A stretch of DNA of 58,312 nt. It comes from an uncultured Erysipelotrichaceae bacterium (GTDB taxonomy: Bacteria > Bacillota_I > Bacilli_A > RF39 > UBA660). Under the pieces are notes generated by a model. It was not told the origin of the DNA. It made no database searches and was given only the letters and a program-made list of their open reading frames with translations. Shown here in pieces: positions 9,582 to 19,338 of this stretch. Each line of letters opens with the position of its first letter. The stretch's first letter is position 1. Location: positions 1 through 58,312 of the forward strand of contig CADCIN010000006.1 in assembly GCA_902801525.1 (NCBI GenBank). Reading direction: 5' to 3'. The position numbers were made by a program, and so were the translations under genes.

Positions 9582-9869
9582 TTATTTTTCTAATAAATAT
9601 TTGTTATAACCACCATCTATACTAATAGTATTATATCCAAAACTATTAAGTTTATTAACTAAATTTAAACTGCTAATCCCACTATTACAATAAATATAAT
9701 AAGTCCTATTTTTATCTAAATATTTAGAAAAATTATAAATTAGATAATTACTAGGTATATTAATAGAACCACTAATATGTCCTCTTCTATAATCAAAAGT
9801 ATTTCTAATATCAATAATATTAATATTATCAAAATCTAGTTTTAAAAATTCTTTAATATCAATATTCAT
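9582..9869 (-). CDS. Rhodanese-like domain protein
   Basis: IIDIR..DY..GHISGSINIP, YCNSG active-site loop, DGGY. Confidence 0.9.
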   Translation of the reverse strand: MNIDIKEFLKLDFDNINIIDIRNTFDYRRGHISGSINIPSNYLIYNFSKYLDKNRTYYIYCNSGISSLNLVNKLNSFGYNTISIDGGYNKYLLEK

Positions 9870-9900
9870 AATTACACCTCCATTATATTTTAAGACAAAC

Positions 9901-9924
9901 AAAAAAATCTGTATAAACAGATTT
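9901..9924 (-). terminator. Intrinsic terminator at the 3' end of the Tad-T4SS locus
   Basis: AAATCTGT-4 nt-ACAGATTT inverted repeat followed by a T-run on the minus strand. Confidence 0.7.
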
Positions 9925-9934
9925 CTTATTTTAA

Positions 9935-11215
9935 TTATCTAACTTTATAAGGATTTTTTTCAGTTCCCTTACCACTAACATATAATGCATCTTTAGATAA
10001 ATGAACAACAGGTCTTACAAATAGATTTGCTTGAACATTAGCTGAGTAAACACCTTCACCAACACCATAAGCAAAATTAGATTTTAAACCTGATCCATTT
10101 GCAAGCCACCAATAATAATCTTTTATAATTAAATAATTATAATTTTGACAAGAACCAGAAGTAGTACTAGTACAATTTTTATCTATACTAGCATTTAAAA
10201 AATCATTAACTGGAAGTAAAGACATATTTTGATCACCCGCTAGAACAGAACACTCAATTGATCCATCATTAATAGTTTCTTGTTCTCCTCTTACTCCAAC
10301 ACAAGCATCAAACTTTACAAAAGATTTTTTTTCATCTTTAGTTAAAGAAAAATTATAACCCTCTTCAGAAACACCAGATTTATATAATTTTTTTAAATAA
10401 TTTTGAATAGTACTTAAAGAAAACTCATTAAAACCAGTATTAGAGTTTAAATCAGAATTATATCTATCATCCCATAAAGATTTATAAGCTAAGTTTGATA
10501 AAATTAATTCCACTGAATTATCTTGATAAACTTTAACAATTCTCCAAGTATCATCACCAATAGAAATATAATTGTTAACATCTGAACCTCTAAATACTAA
10601 AGAACCATTCATATCATATAGACCAAAACCAGATGTAACAACTCCATTATCATTTTTTAATTTATCAATAAAACTAGTCGTAGTATAATCCTTTCCACAA
10701 TCAAGTTTAGGAACATATTTATAATTACCCTGTTCCATTTTAACAGTTACACTACCTTTACATGAAGTAAATTTAGAATCATATTTTCCAAATTCTTTCA
10801 TATATTCACCTGAAATTAATGAAGAAGATTCAACTATGGAAGGACTGTCTTCATTAGCAGGTAATTTACTCTTATTATCCTTATAATAACTAACAGCTGA
10901 TTCTTTTAATATATTTTCAATATCAGCATAACTATACTTTTTCTTAAAGAAAACAGATAAAACAAATAATAATAAAATAATAACCAAAGATATTACAATA
11001 ACTATACCAAGTAATTTTAAAATTTTACTTCTAAATTCATCTTTATGATTAGAATCATGATTACTATTATAAATAGAAATATTTTTATCATCACTTAAAG
11101 ATTCTTCATTATCACTTAATATATAATCTAAATCTTCATCATTTACATCTTCCTCTTTTATTTCTTTATTTTCTTCATTTATTTTTTCATATTTATCATA
11201 ATTATTACCATTCAT
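9935..11215 (-). CDS. Membrane-anchored surface protein: pilin-like disulfide domain plus DUF6273-like domain
   Basis: Acidic N-terminus, one TM, C..LDCG pair, NNY....WRIV, WWL, VRPVVHL, G.GT..NPY; paralog of 33078-34841. Confidence 0.7.
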   Translation of the reverse strand: MNGNNYDKYEKINEENKEIKEEDVNDEDLDYILSDNEESLSDDKNISIYNSNHDSNHKDEFRSKILKLLGIVIVISLVIILLLFVLSVFFKKKYSYADIENILKESAVSYYKDNKSKLPANEDSPSIVESSSLISGEYMKEFGKYDSKFTSCKGSVTVKMEQGNYKYVPKLDCGKDYTTTSFIDKLKNDNGVVTSGFGLYDMNGSLVFRGSDVNNYISIGDDTWRIVKVYQDNSVELILSNLAYKSLWDDRYNSDLNSNTGFNEFSLSTIQNYLKKLYKSGVSEEGYNFSLTKDEKKSFVKFDACVGVRGEQETINDGSIECSVLAGDQNMSLLPVNDFLNASIDKNCTSTTSGSCQNYNYLIIKDYYWWLANGSGLKSNFAYGVGEGVYSANVQANLFVRPVVHLSKDALYVSGKGTEKNPYKVR

Positions 11216-11226
11216 ATAAAGACCTC

Positions 11227-13452
11227 CTAATTATCAAAAAAATCATCAAAAAAATCATCATCTTCTTCATCATCTTCTTCATCAAGTGAAAGTACATTTT
11301 GTTTGTTACTATCTGAATAAGTTGGAATTTCAGATTTAGTATCTAAAGGATTACTTTCAAAAGTAATATCTTTATTATCACTTATATTTTCACTAGTTTC
11401 AGAAGAATCAGTTTTATTATCATTTTTATGCTTTTCAGCTTCCTCATCCATTTCAGCGATTCTAGCATCTATTTTTCTAAGTAATTCATCTACATCAAAT
11501 CCAAATCCATCATCTTCACCTTCGTCTTGTTCATCATCAATTGGATTAATATGAGGAACTTCTTTAGGTAATTCTCTAATTGGTTCTCTAGCTGCAGGTA
11601 AATTATTAGTAAAGTTTGGAGTTTGACTAAAGAATGGAGGAAAAGGAACTCTAGGAGCAGATTCATTAGAAACTGAACTACTGTGAACATCATCAAGAGT
11701 ATCAGAATCATCATCAGCTACATTCATCATTTCTAATATTTTCTTTTTCTTTTGATCTTTTACAAATTCCTTAATATCAAAAACATGAACCTTTTGTTTT
11801 TCACGATGAGGATATTTAGCTAAAGGATATTTCTTACCCCAATTGATCTTCCAATCAGGAGTAAAATGAGTTTTAAAAGGATTCATACGAAGTCTCATTA
11901 AAATAATATCATTTTCTTTCATTCTCTGAAGATCAGATACAGTAACGAGAGGTGTAGAATCAGTTTTATCATCTTTCTTAGATTTAACGTTACCACACAT
12001 CTTAGAAATTTCTTCCAAAGCTTTTAACTCAGTTGTAACTAAATAAATCATATTACCACAGTTACCACGAAGAGTTTCAGCATCTTCTTTTCCATAAACA
12101 CTATCAAGCTGTGCAAAGTTCTGAATAATCATTGTAAATCTAATTTGTCTACTTCTTGCAGCAGTAATCATTGTAGTAACATCTTTTAAAGGAGGCATGT
12201 TAGCAAACTCATCAAGTAAGAAGTTAGTTCTAATAGGTAATTTACCACCATGTTTTTGTGCACATCTAATTAATGTTTCATATATTTGCTTTAATAAAAT
12301 AGTTACTAATGAATGATATGTTTTCTTTTCATCTTGAATAACAATAAAAACAGCAGTTGGTTTTTCTCCGATAGAATCTAAATCAACATCACTATGTGAA
12401 AGCATCTCACTTAAATTTTCACGAGAAGCAAATAATTTAACTTTACCCTTAAAAACAGAAAGAATAGAACCTTTTGTTTCATTAGGTGCAGTAACTGTTG
12501 AATAAGCATTAACAGCAGCTGCACTAGCAGGATCCTTCATATTAAAATATTCTTTAATATATGTAGAACCACCAAATTTATCTTCACCCTCAGTAGTAAC
12601 TAAGTTAACACTACTAATATTAATTTCCTCTTCTTTAGCATCTTCAAATAATCCAAGAGAAACACCAGAAAAATAATCAGCAGCAGTTTTTTCCCAGAAA
12701 GGATCAGCATTTTTATTTGAAGGGTCATATAAAATATTTAAAGCAAGGTCATCTAATAACTCAATAGCTTTATCTTGATTTCCATCTTTATACATTTTAT
12801 AAGGAAGAGACATTGGATTCCAAGAATTACCGTTTTGAGGATCACGAAAGTTTAATAGAAGTATTTGATATCCTTTATCTCTAAGCATTTCTGAAGTTTT
12901 TTCATAAATTTCACCTTTAGGATCAGTAATAATCATACTCTCACCCTTTTTAGATAAAATCTTGACTGTTGGTAAAATAATTAACTGAGTTTTACCTGAA
13001 CCAGTAGCACCTAAAACTAGTGTATGATTCTCACCATTATCAACCCAAATTTTATCTCCTTTATACATTAAAGGAGTCCCAGCCGCAGTAGTTTTTTCAT
13101 CATTAACATCAATTACTTCTACATTTTTTTGAGTTTGAATTTCTTTATCTTTAGCCCATCTAGAATAACCTTTATCTTTTTTTTCAGTAGTTATACCAAA
13201 TCCCTTTTCTCTATCAAAAAAATAAGAATTAACACTAAAAAACATGGCAGCTAGAATAATCAAATAAAATACAAAAGTTGGTACAAAAAGACCATAAGTA
13301 AAAACAGGTAAAATATTAATACCAGATAAGTATCCCGTTCTAAAAACACTTGCAATATTAGAAACAACAAGTGAAACTACAAAAAATAAGAATACAGCAA
13401 AAATAGCAAAAATCAAAACATCATCTTTATCAGCTCTAAATTTAAATTTCAT
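11227..13452 (-). CDS. virD4: Type IV coupling protein (VirD4/TraG family) with long acidic C-terminal tail
   Basis: Two N-terminal TMs, Walker A GATGSGKT, DPKGE, WNP, Walker B LLDEFAN, ARSR, IIQ..AQL..VYG. Confidence 0.93.
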   Translation of the reverse strand: MKFKFRADKDDVLIFAIFAVFLFFVVSLVVSNIASVFRTGYLSGINILPVFTYGLFVPTFVFYLIILAAMFFSVNSYFFDREKGFGITTEKKDKGYSRWAKDKEIQTQKNVEVIDVNDEKTTAAGTPLMYKGDKIWVDNGENHTLVLGATGSGKTQLIILPTVKILSKKGESMIITDPKGEIYEKTSEMLRDKGYQILLLNFRDPQNGNSWNPMSLPYKMYKDGNQDKAIELLDDLALNILYDPSNKNADPFWEKTAADYFSGVSLGLFEDAKEEEINISSVNLVTTEGEDKFGGSTYIKEYFNMKDPASAAAVNAYSTVTAPNETKGSILSVFKGKVKLFASRENLSEMLSHSDVDLDSIGEKPTAVFIVIQDEKKTYHSLVTILLKQIYETLIRCAQKHGGKLPIRTNFLLDEFANMPPLKDVTTMITAARSRQIRFTMIIQNFAQLDSVYGKEDAETLRGNCGNMIYLVTTELKALEEISKMCGNVKSKKDDKTDSTPLVTVSDLQRMKENDIILMRLRMNPFKTHFTPDWKINWGKKYPLAKYPHREKQKVHVFDIKEFVKDQKKKKILEMMNVADDDSDTLDDVHSSSVSNESAPRVPFPPFFSQTPNFTNNLPAAREPIRELPKEVPHINPIDDEQDEGEDDGFGFDVDELLRKIDARIAEMDEEAEKHKNDNKTDSSETSENISDNKDITFESNPLDTKSEIPTYSDSNKQNVLSLDEEDDEEDDDFFDDFFDN

Positions 13453-13474
13453 AAATAAACTTCCTCTCATAATA

Positions 13475-13503
13475 ATTATACCTTAAATAATCAATTATGT
13501 CAC
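13475..13503 (-). promoter_or_regulatory. Internal sigma-A-type promoter upstream of virD4
   Basis: GTGACA-17 nt-TATAAT. Confidence 0.6.
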
Positions 13504-14282
13504 TATTTATTAGTAGTTACAAGCGTATCAAAACCACCATTTTTATATTTTAAAATTGAAACAATAGGTTTACCATCACTATATTTTCCACAATTAACAA
13601 AAATCTCATATTTATTATCATTATCCAAATCGACTATATTACTAATATAAGCTTTACAAGATCTATAATTATCATCAGAAGAATTATAAAATAATCTACT
13701 AAACTTTCCATTTTTAACCATAAAAACAAGAGAATAATATTTTTTTGCAGTAAAATCATCAGCAAAGGAATTACTAACTACATATATTGATTCATCAATA
13801 CCATCATTATCAATATCAAAAATTTTACGATATAGAGATGTATAATTATTATCGATATCAATTTTATATAATTTAAGAGCTTTATTTAAATTTTTATCTG
13901 AATAATCAACTATAGTATCATCAACATTAAGATATTTAATATCATAATCGTATGTATTATGAATACCTAATAAAGGATCTGAATAATTAATAGGATTATG
14001 TTTAAGATCAAATAAATACCATTTTTCATCAAACCATAAAATTTTTTTTCCAATAGAATTTCCATTTAAATAAACATTATACTTTTTCCAACTATAATCA
14101 TTTATATTCCTACTATTTAATATAATATTATACCATTTTTTATTATCATAATTAAAAACCGCATAATTATCAACAACAACAAATAATTCTTTTTTCTTTT
14201 TATTAGAAAAATAAAAAAACATAAGAAGACCATAAAAAAATAAAATAGAAAATAATATTAAATATTTATAATTTTTTTTCAT
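13503..14282 (-). CDS. Membrane-anchored protein with DxDxDG calcium-blade (FG-GAP-like) motifs
   Basis: One TM; DIDNDGIDE and DLDNDNKYEI; start MKKNY with GGGGTG RBS. Confidence 0.7.
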   Translation of the reverse strand: MKKNYKYLILFSILFFYGLLMFFYFSNKKKKELFVVVDNYAVFNYDNKKWYNIILNSRNINDYSWKKYNVYLNGNSIGKKILWFDEKWYLFDLKHNPINYSDPLLGIHNTYDYDIKYLNVDDTIVDYSDKNLNKALKLYKIDIDNNYTSLYRKIFDIDNDGIDESIYVVSNSFADDFTAKKYYSLVFMVKNGKFSRLFYNSSDDNYRSCKAYISNIVDLDNDNKYEIFVNCGKYSDGKPIVSILKYKNGGFDTLVTTNK

Positions 14283-14286
14283 ATAA

Positions 14287-16641
14287 TCACCCCACTTTAT
14301 AATAAGCAAATTTACTAGTATTATTTGATGGATATTGATCCCACATAACTTTTGCTGAAGAAGCAGGATCAAACATTAATACTTGATCTCCATCGATTTT
14401 ATCTAACGCCACCCAGTGCTGACCCGTATTACCTTTTACCTCAACAACAATAGCATATCCCTGATTAGAATATTGTCTCAAAATGTTTAGCTTTTCATAC
14501 TGAGGCATACCGGAAAGATTAACTTTACCACCATAAACAAAATTAGGAGCAATTTTTGTTACGGAACCCCATAGAAAATTACCGCCACCATCTAGACCAC
14601 CAATTTGATTTAATTTGTTAACAAAAGTACCAGGATTAAGTTCACCATCAACATTCACTTGAATCCCACTTCGAGCAAGTAACATTGAAATAGAAGTAAC
14701 AAGGCATCCAGAAGATGCAATAGTATTTGAACTTCCACCTAGATGAATAGAAGACCAAGATTGCTTGGATTGTTTCCAATTACTAAAATCACCTTGAGAG
14801 CCAGTACCAGCATTTGAAATACAATTACTTTGACCATTTGTATTACAAGTCATTTTTTTTATATTATAGCCACCATATGTACTTGCCAAAATTTGTTTAT
14901 AATCATAATTACTATTTGCTAATTTAGCCCATTTATTTTGAACTTTGGAAGCATAAGTTGCCTGTAATACATGATCAGTAGAATCAACAAGTACTTCACC
15001 AATTACAGTTGGAGCAATAGATCTAAGCCTATTATTCGCAGGAAGAGGATCTTTATATTTATATTTAGCAGTATTTGAACCAGAATATAAATATCCCCAT
15101 TGATTACTTGCAGGAACATTTTTAGAACAACCCTTATCGGGATCACAATAAACCTGATCACTTACACAGTTAGTAATTTGTAAAATCCAATTACCATTTT
15201 CATTTTCAATTTTTCTACCGTTTCCACCAATCATGGCTCTACCAAGTGAAAAACTTCTTGCAGCAATTATCTGTGCTTTAATAGCTTCATCAGGATTATT
15301 ACCACTTTCACCAGAAGCAACACCCATAACATATTTTTCAAAATCAACTAGTTCTTCACCCTCAATTGGAACCCCATAAGTTCCTCCACAAGAATGACCA
15401 GAAACATTACCAGCTTGCATCAAACGAACTTTAATATTAGAGGCATTTATAGGATTATTAATTACTCTAGATCCATTTGTAGTACCATTTAAAATATAGT
15501 TACAAGAACCTAAAGCAGTACAAGAAGAATCATTAGAATTTGAATCATCTTTAAATTCATACCCAAAAGAATTATATGTTGATTTTATATTTTTAACAAC
15601 TTCTTTAATTTGAGAATCATCATAATCAGTAAAATAATCGCTTTCTAAAATGTCTTTAATCTTTTCATAAAATTTTTCTTCATTATAACTACCATTCTCA
15701 TACATAGCATCAACTACTTTTTTTATCTGATCAGTAGTAAAACTATTTAAGTCATAACTATCATCTTCATCACAAATAGATTGAAACGTTGCAAAAACAA
15801 GATATACATTAATTTTTCTTGAAGAATATGAATCATCTTTCACCTTTTTAACATTATTTATAAATGCTTCATCTTCTTTAAAAACGTCAGAATCAGATGG
15901 ACTTATCTCATCTGCAAAAGCAGTCACACCATTCACATAACTATCAAGATACATAACAACTTCTTCCTTAACAGTTTCAAAGAAAGTTTGAACAATATTT
16001 GAAACAATAGTTGAAACAAAAACAAAAGCAATAATTACAATAGGAACAAATATTAAATAAGGATTTAACTTAAAAATTAATAATACTATATCTTTAATTT
16101 TCTTTAGAGAATTACTAACAACCTCTGATCCTTCAAATCCATTATCTACTTCAGCATTTACATCACCATTTGCTTCACTATCTTCTCTATTAAAAAAATT
16201 TTTAAATCCATTTTTTAAAGAATTTTTCCCCTTAGAAGTCATAGAATCGAGTTTACTATTTGAATTTTTTTCAGAAGCTTTAATATTTCTATTATCTGAA
16301 TTAGCTTTTTGATTATTTTTAAAATTATTATTTTTTTTAAAATCACTATTTTCCGGATTATCTACTTTATTATTATTTGGCGATACAATACCACTTTTAT
16401 TAGAAGAATTATTTCCATTAACTTTATCAAGCCCATCTGCTAATTTGTTTCTTGAAAAATTTTTCGATAATTTATTAACACCAAAGTTTCCAGGACTAAA
16501 TTTACCACCATTATCTTTAACAGCTTTATCTGCAAATGTTTTTGGAACACCAAGTTTAGTTAAAACATTACTAGCAGCACCATCAATTTTATCATCAACT
16601 TTTTTTCTTGAATCACTTTTAGATTCTTTGTCATTAGGCAT
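14287..16641 (-). CDS. T4SS-associated cell-wall hydrolase: SpoIID/LytB-like lytic transglycosylase plus C39-like cysteine peptidase
   Basis: EKYVMGVASGE..EAIKAQIIAARSF and SDQVY (SpoIID); WKQ...W...TIASSGCLVTSISM and HWV (C39-like Cys-His); one TM after a basic N-terminal region. Confidence 0.85.
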   Translation of the reverse strand: MPNDKESKSDSRKKVDDKIDGAASNVLTKLGVPKTFADKAVKDNGGKFSPGNFGVNKLSKNFSRNKLADGLDKVNGNNSSNKSGIVSPNNNKVDNPENSDFKKNNNFKNNQKANSDNRNIKASEKNSNSKLDSMTSKGKNSLKNGFKNFFNREDSEANGDVNAEVDNGFEGSEVVSNSLKKIKDIVLLIFKLNPYLIFVPIVIIAFVFVSTIVSNIVQTFFETVKEEVVMYLDSYVNGVTAFADEISPSDSDVFKEDEAFINNVKKVKDDSYSSRKINVYLVFATFQSICDEDDSYDLNSFTTDQIKKVVDAMYENGSYNEEKFYEKIKDILESDYFTDYDDSQIKEVVKNIKSTYNSFGYEFKDDSNSNDSSCTALGSCNYILNGTTNGSRVINNPINASNIKVRLMQAGNVSGHSCGGTYGVPIEGEELVDFEKYVMGVASGESGNNPDEAIKAQIIAARSFSLGRAMIGGNGRKIENENGNWILQITNCVSDQVYCDPDKGCSKNVPASNQWGYLYSGSNTAKYKYKDPLPANNRLRSIAPTVIGEVLVDSTDHVLQATYASKVQNKWAKLANSNYDYKQILASTYGGYNIKKMTCNTNGQSNCISNAGTGSQGDFSNWKQSKQSWSSIHLGGSSNTIASSGCLVTSISMLLARSGIQVNVDGELNPGTFVNKLNQIGGLDGGGNFLWGSVTKIAPNFVYGGKVNLSGMPQYEKLNILRQYSNQGYAIVVEVKGNTGQHWVALDKIDGDQVLMFDPASSAKVMWDQYPSNNTSKFAYYKVG

Positions 16642-16686
16642 TATATCACCACCAAACTAACTACATTTAAAAATTAAAGAAAAGAA

Positions 16687-18474
16687 TTAGAATCCTCCTC
16701 CACTACCGAATGAATCTAATTCGTCCTTTGAAACCATAACATTAATTCTCATTCGTCTATTACCACAAACAAACAAAGCTTCACCTTGAGAATATGTCTT
16801 AATACTATCCATTTCATTATCATTTAAATCAATTAATAAACTTAAATCTTCAACAGCTTGTTTTTTTAGTCCCATAATTAGATAATATGAAGCATTATCA
16901 AAAATAGCTTTACCATGCATAAGAACATTAGGTGCAGCAAAATCACTAGGTTGTTGAGTAATAATTATAGTTCCTGTATTATATTTTCTAGCACGTCTTT
17001 GAACTTGTGCTAAGAATTCGGCACCAAGTTCATTATTTGAACCAAGTAAAACATGTGCTTCATCAACCATCATAACAGTATTAACTTTAGGATTTAAACA
17101 TAAGCCCCAAGCGTATTTTAAAACGTTAAAGAATAAAGCATTTCTAATATTTGAATCACTATTCATTAACTCTTTTATATTAAAAACAATAAAGTCACTA
17201 TCACGACGAATAGTAGTATGACCATTAAAATAAAAACTTAATTCTTTTGTAAAAGGTCTAATTTCAAGTTCAAGTCTTTCCATAATTTCACGTTCTTGAG
17301 TTTGATCAGTCATTGATAAAAGTCTACCTTTAATAGTAGCATAAACATCTGAAAAAATAGGAAAATCATTAGAAGTAAAACTTGAAAAATCAGAATCAAA
17401 ACTAATACCAAAACGCTTATATGTATCTTGAACAACATCACTAAACATTGTTAAAACATCTTCTCCTACAGATGGATCATAATATCTTAAAAATGCTTTT
17501 AAAAATTGTAAAGTTCTACTTAAAACAGTATAACCTAATCCTTGTTTAATCTCTTCTTCATCAGCATCAATAACTACTTCAAGTGGATTAATTAAACCAA
17601 ATTTTCCACCTTTACCCATATCAATAGTGTCTCCACCACATACTTCAGTAATTTCTCTAAGTTCATTTTCAGGATCGATTGCAACTATTTGACAACCATT
17701 TCTAATATGTGTTCTTAAAAGTAATTTAGCAGCAGTAGATTTACCAGAACCAGAAGTACCAAGAATAATCATATTAGCATTATTTCTATTATTTTCTTTT
17801 CTAATTTCATATAAGAATTGATTAAATAAAATAACACCACCAGAAAAATCAACACCTAGTAAACATGAAAGTCCAGGATCCTTAATACTATCAAAAATAA
17901 ATGGATACATAGCAGCAATTGTAACACTTGGAATTGGAGTACCAATTCTTTGTTCAATTTCTTGTGAAGGAAAGATTGGTAAAATAGATTTAAAAATCTT
18001 TTCTTGTTCAAATCTTAAAGGAATAGCACGTAATTCCATAGCATCTAAATAATTACGAACATTAGTCTTTTTAAGTTCAAGTTCATCTTTAGTATCAGCT
18101 GTAATCATAATATGTAATTGAAAATCATAAATATTATCTTGGTTTGCAGCAAGCATAGAAGTAAAATATTGTAAACTTTCTGCATCTTGTTTTATTCTCT
18201 CTTTAGTAGTTAAATCATGTTCATTACGATATTGATCTTGTAAATCAACAACTTGTTTATTAAGCATTTTTGACATAGATGAAAATGGAACAGGAATATG
18301 TTTAATAACAACTTTAATACCTGGCATGCTAGTTAAATTAGCAAGATAACCAGGAGAAATATATTTTGGATAAGAAACAACAGATAAAATAGTTGCATAT
18401 TTATCGCTTATAACAAAATCACTTGGATTAAAATGTAAGCCCTTAGGTGCAAGTTCACTTCTAATTAAACTCAT
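16687..18474 (-). CDS. virB4: VirB4-family T4SS ATPase
   Basis: NANMIILGTSGSGKS, IDPENE, INPL, MVDEAH, RRARKY, ITQ, GEAL. Confidence 0.93.
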   Translation of the reverse strand: MSLIRSELAPKGLHFNPSDFVISDKYATILSVVSYPKYISPGYLANLTSMPGIKVVIKHIPVPFSSMSKMLNKQVVDLQDQYRNEHDLTTKERIKQDAESLQYFTSMLAANQDNIYDFQLHIMITADTKDELELKKTNVRNYLDAMELRAIPLRFEQEKIFKSILPIFPSQEIEQRIGTPIPSVTIAAMYPFIFDSIKDPGLSCLLGVDFSGGVILFNQFLYEIRKENNRNNANMIILGTSGSGKSTAAKLLLRTHIRNGCQIVAIDPENELREITEVCGGDTIDMGKGGKFGLINPLEVVIDADEEEIKQGLGYTVLSRTLQFLKAFLRYYDPSVGEDVLTMFSDVVQDTYKRFGISFDSDFSSFTSNDFPIFSDVYATIKGRLLSMTDQTQEREIMERLELEIRPFTKELSFYFNGHTTIRRDSDFIVFNIKELMNSDSNIRNALFFNVLKYAWGLCLNPKVNTVMMVDEAHVLLGSNNELGAEFLAQVQRRARKYNTGTIIITQQPSDFAAPNVLMHGKAIFDNASYYLIMGLKKQAVEDLSLLIDLNDNEMDSIKTYSQGEALFVCGNRRMRINVMVSKDELDSFGSGGGF

Positions 18475-19025
18475 TAAATCATCACCATCCCAAATTGATC
18501 TTTTTTACCACCATTCAAGAAATTATCAAGAATAACTCTTAAATCATCATTATTAGCTTGAGCTGAAGAAAGACCACATAAACTTAAATTATTAATTAAT
18601 GATCTAACTTTTTTCATAATACGTTCATCATCATTATCTTTAAATAAAATATAATACTCAGTATCAACAACATCATTACGCATAAATTGTGTACCTTTGT
18701 CCATATCCTGTTGAATAAACTTTCTCATAGCAGGAGTTTTAGCATTATTATATAAAAGTTGTAATTGAGACATATAAACAGAAATATCAACAGGTCTATC
18801 AGCAACTACAAGCCAAAATTCATAATCAATTGTATTATAAAAGTTTTTTAATTGTATCATAACATTATTTTGTGTTTGAACATCTAATATAAAAATATTT
18901 CTTGGAATAATTTTTACACCAGCAACTTTATAATTACCATATGTATATATCATATTATTTTTTATTCCTTTAACAGGAATCCAATTTTCTGTAAATAATT
19001 TACCTTTTGTTTTTGTTTGACCCAT
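18474..19025 (-). CDS. TrsD/TraD-like soluble VirB4 partner
   Basis: Position between VirB3-like and VirB4; IPVKGIKNNMI, VKIIPRNIFIL pattern. Confidence 0.6.
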   Translation of the reverse strand: MGQTKTKGKLFTENWIPVKGIKNNMIYTYGNYKVAGVKIIPRNIFILDVQTQNNVMIQLKNFYNTIDYEFWLVVADRPVDISVYMSQLQLLYNNAKTPAMRKFIQQDMDKGTQFMRNDVVDTEYYILFKDNDDERIMKKVRSLINNLSLCGLSSAQANNDDLRVILDNFLNGGKKDQFGMVMI

Positions 19026-19320
19026 CTTTAAAACACCAACCTTTCCATTCGAACTTTCTTTGATTAGAGAAAAAATAATAAATATCTATAATCAGACATA
19101 ATACATTGTGATAATTTGGAATAGGAATAACTAAAAAACCACAAATAAGTGCAGGAGCTAAAGAAAACAAAGCCCCCTGCAAAGAAGATAATTGCATTGT
19201 AAGCAACATAATCAAAGAAACACCAATACCAGATACAAAAAGTATCAAATCAAAAGGTCTAAATATACTAAATATTAATAAACCTTTCTTAGTATTAGCA
19301 GGAATTAAATAATTGTTCAC
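19000..19320 (-). CDS. VirB3/PrgI-like small membrane protein
   Basis: YLIPAN.K...IF, two TMs, canonical position upstream of virB4. Confidence 0.7.
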   Translation of the reverse strand: MNNYLIPANTKKGLLIFSIFRPFDLILFVSGIGVSLIMLLTMQLSSLQGALFSLAPALICGFLVIPIPNYHNVLCLIIDIYYFFSNQRKFEWKGWCFKDGSNKNKR

Positions 19321-19338
19321 TATAAATCACACCCTTTT

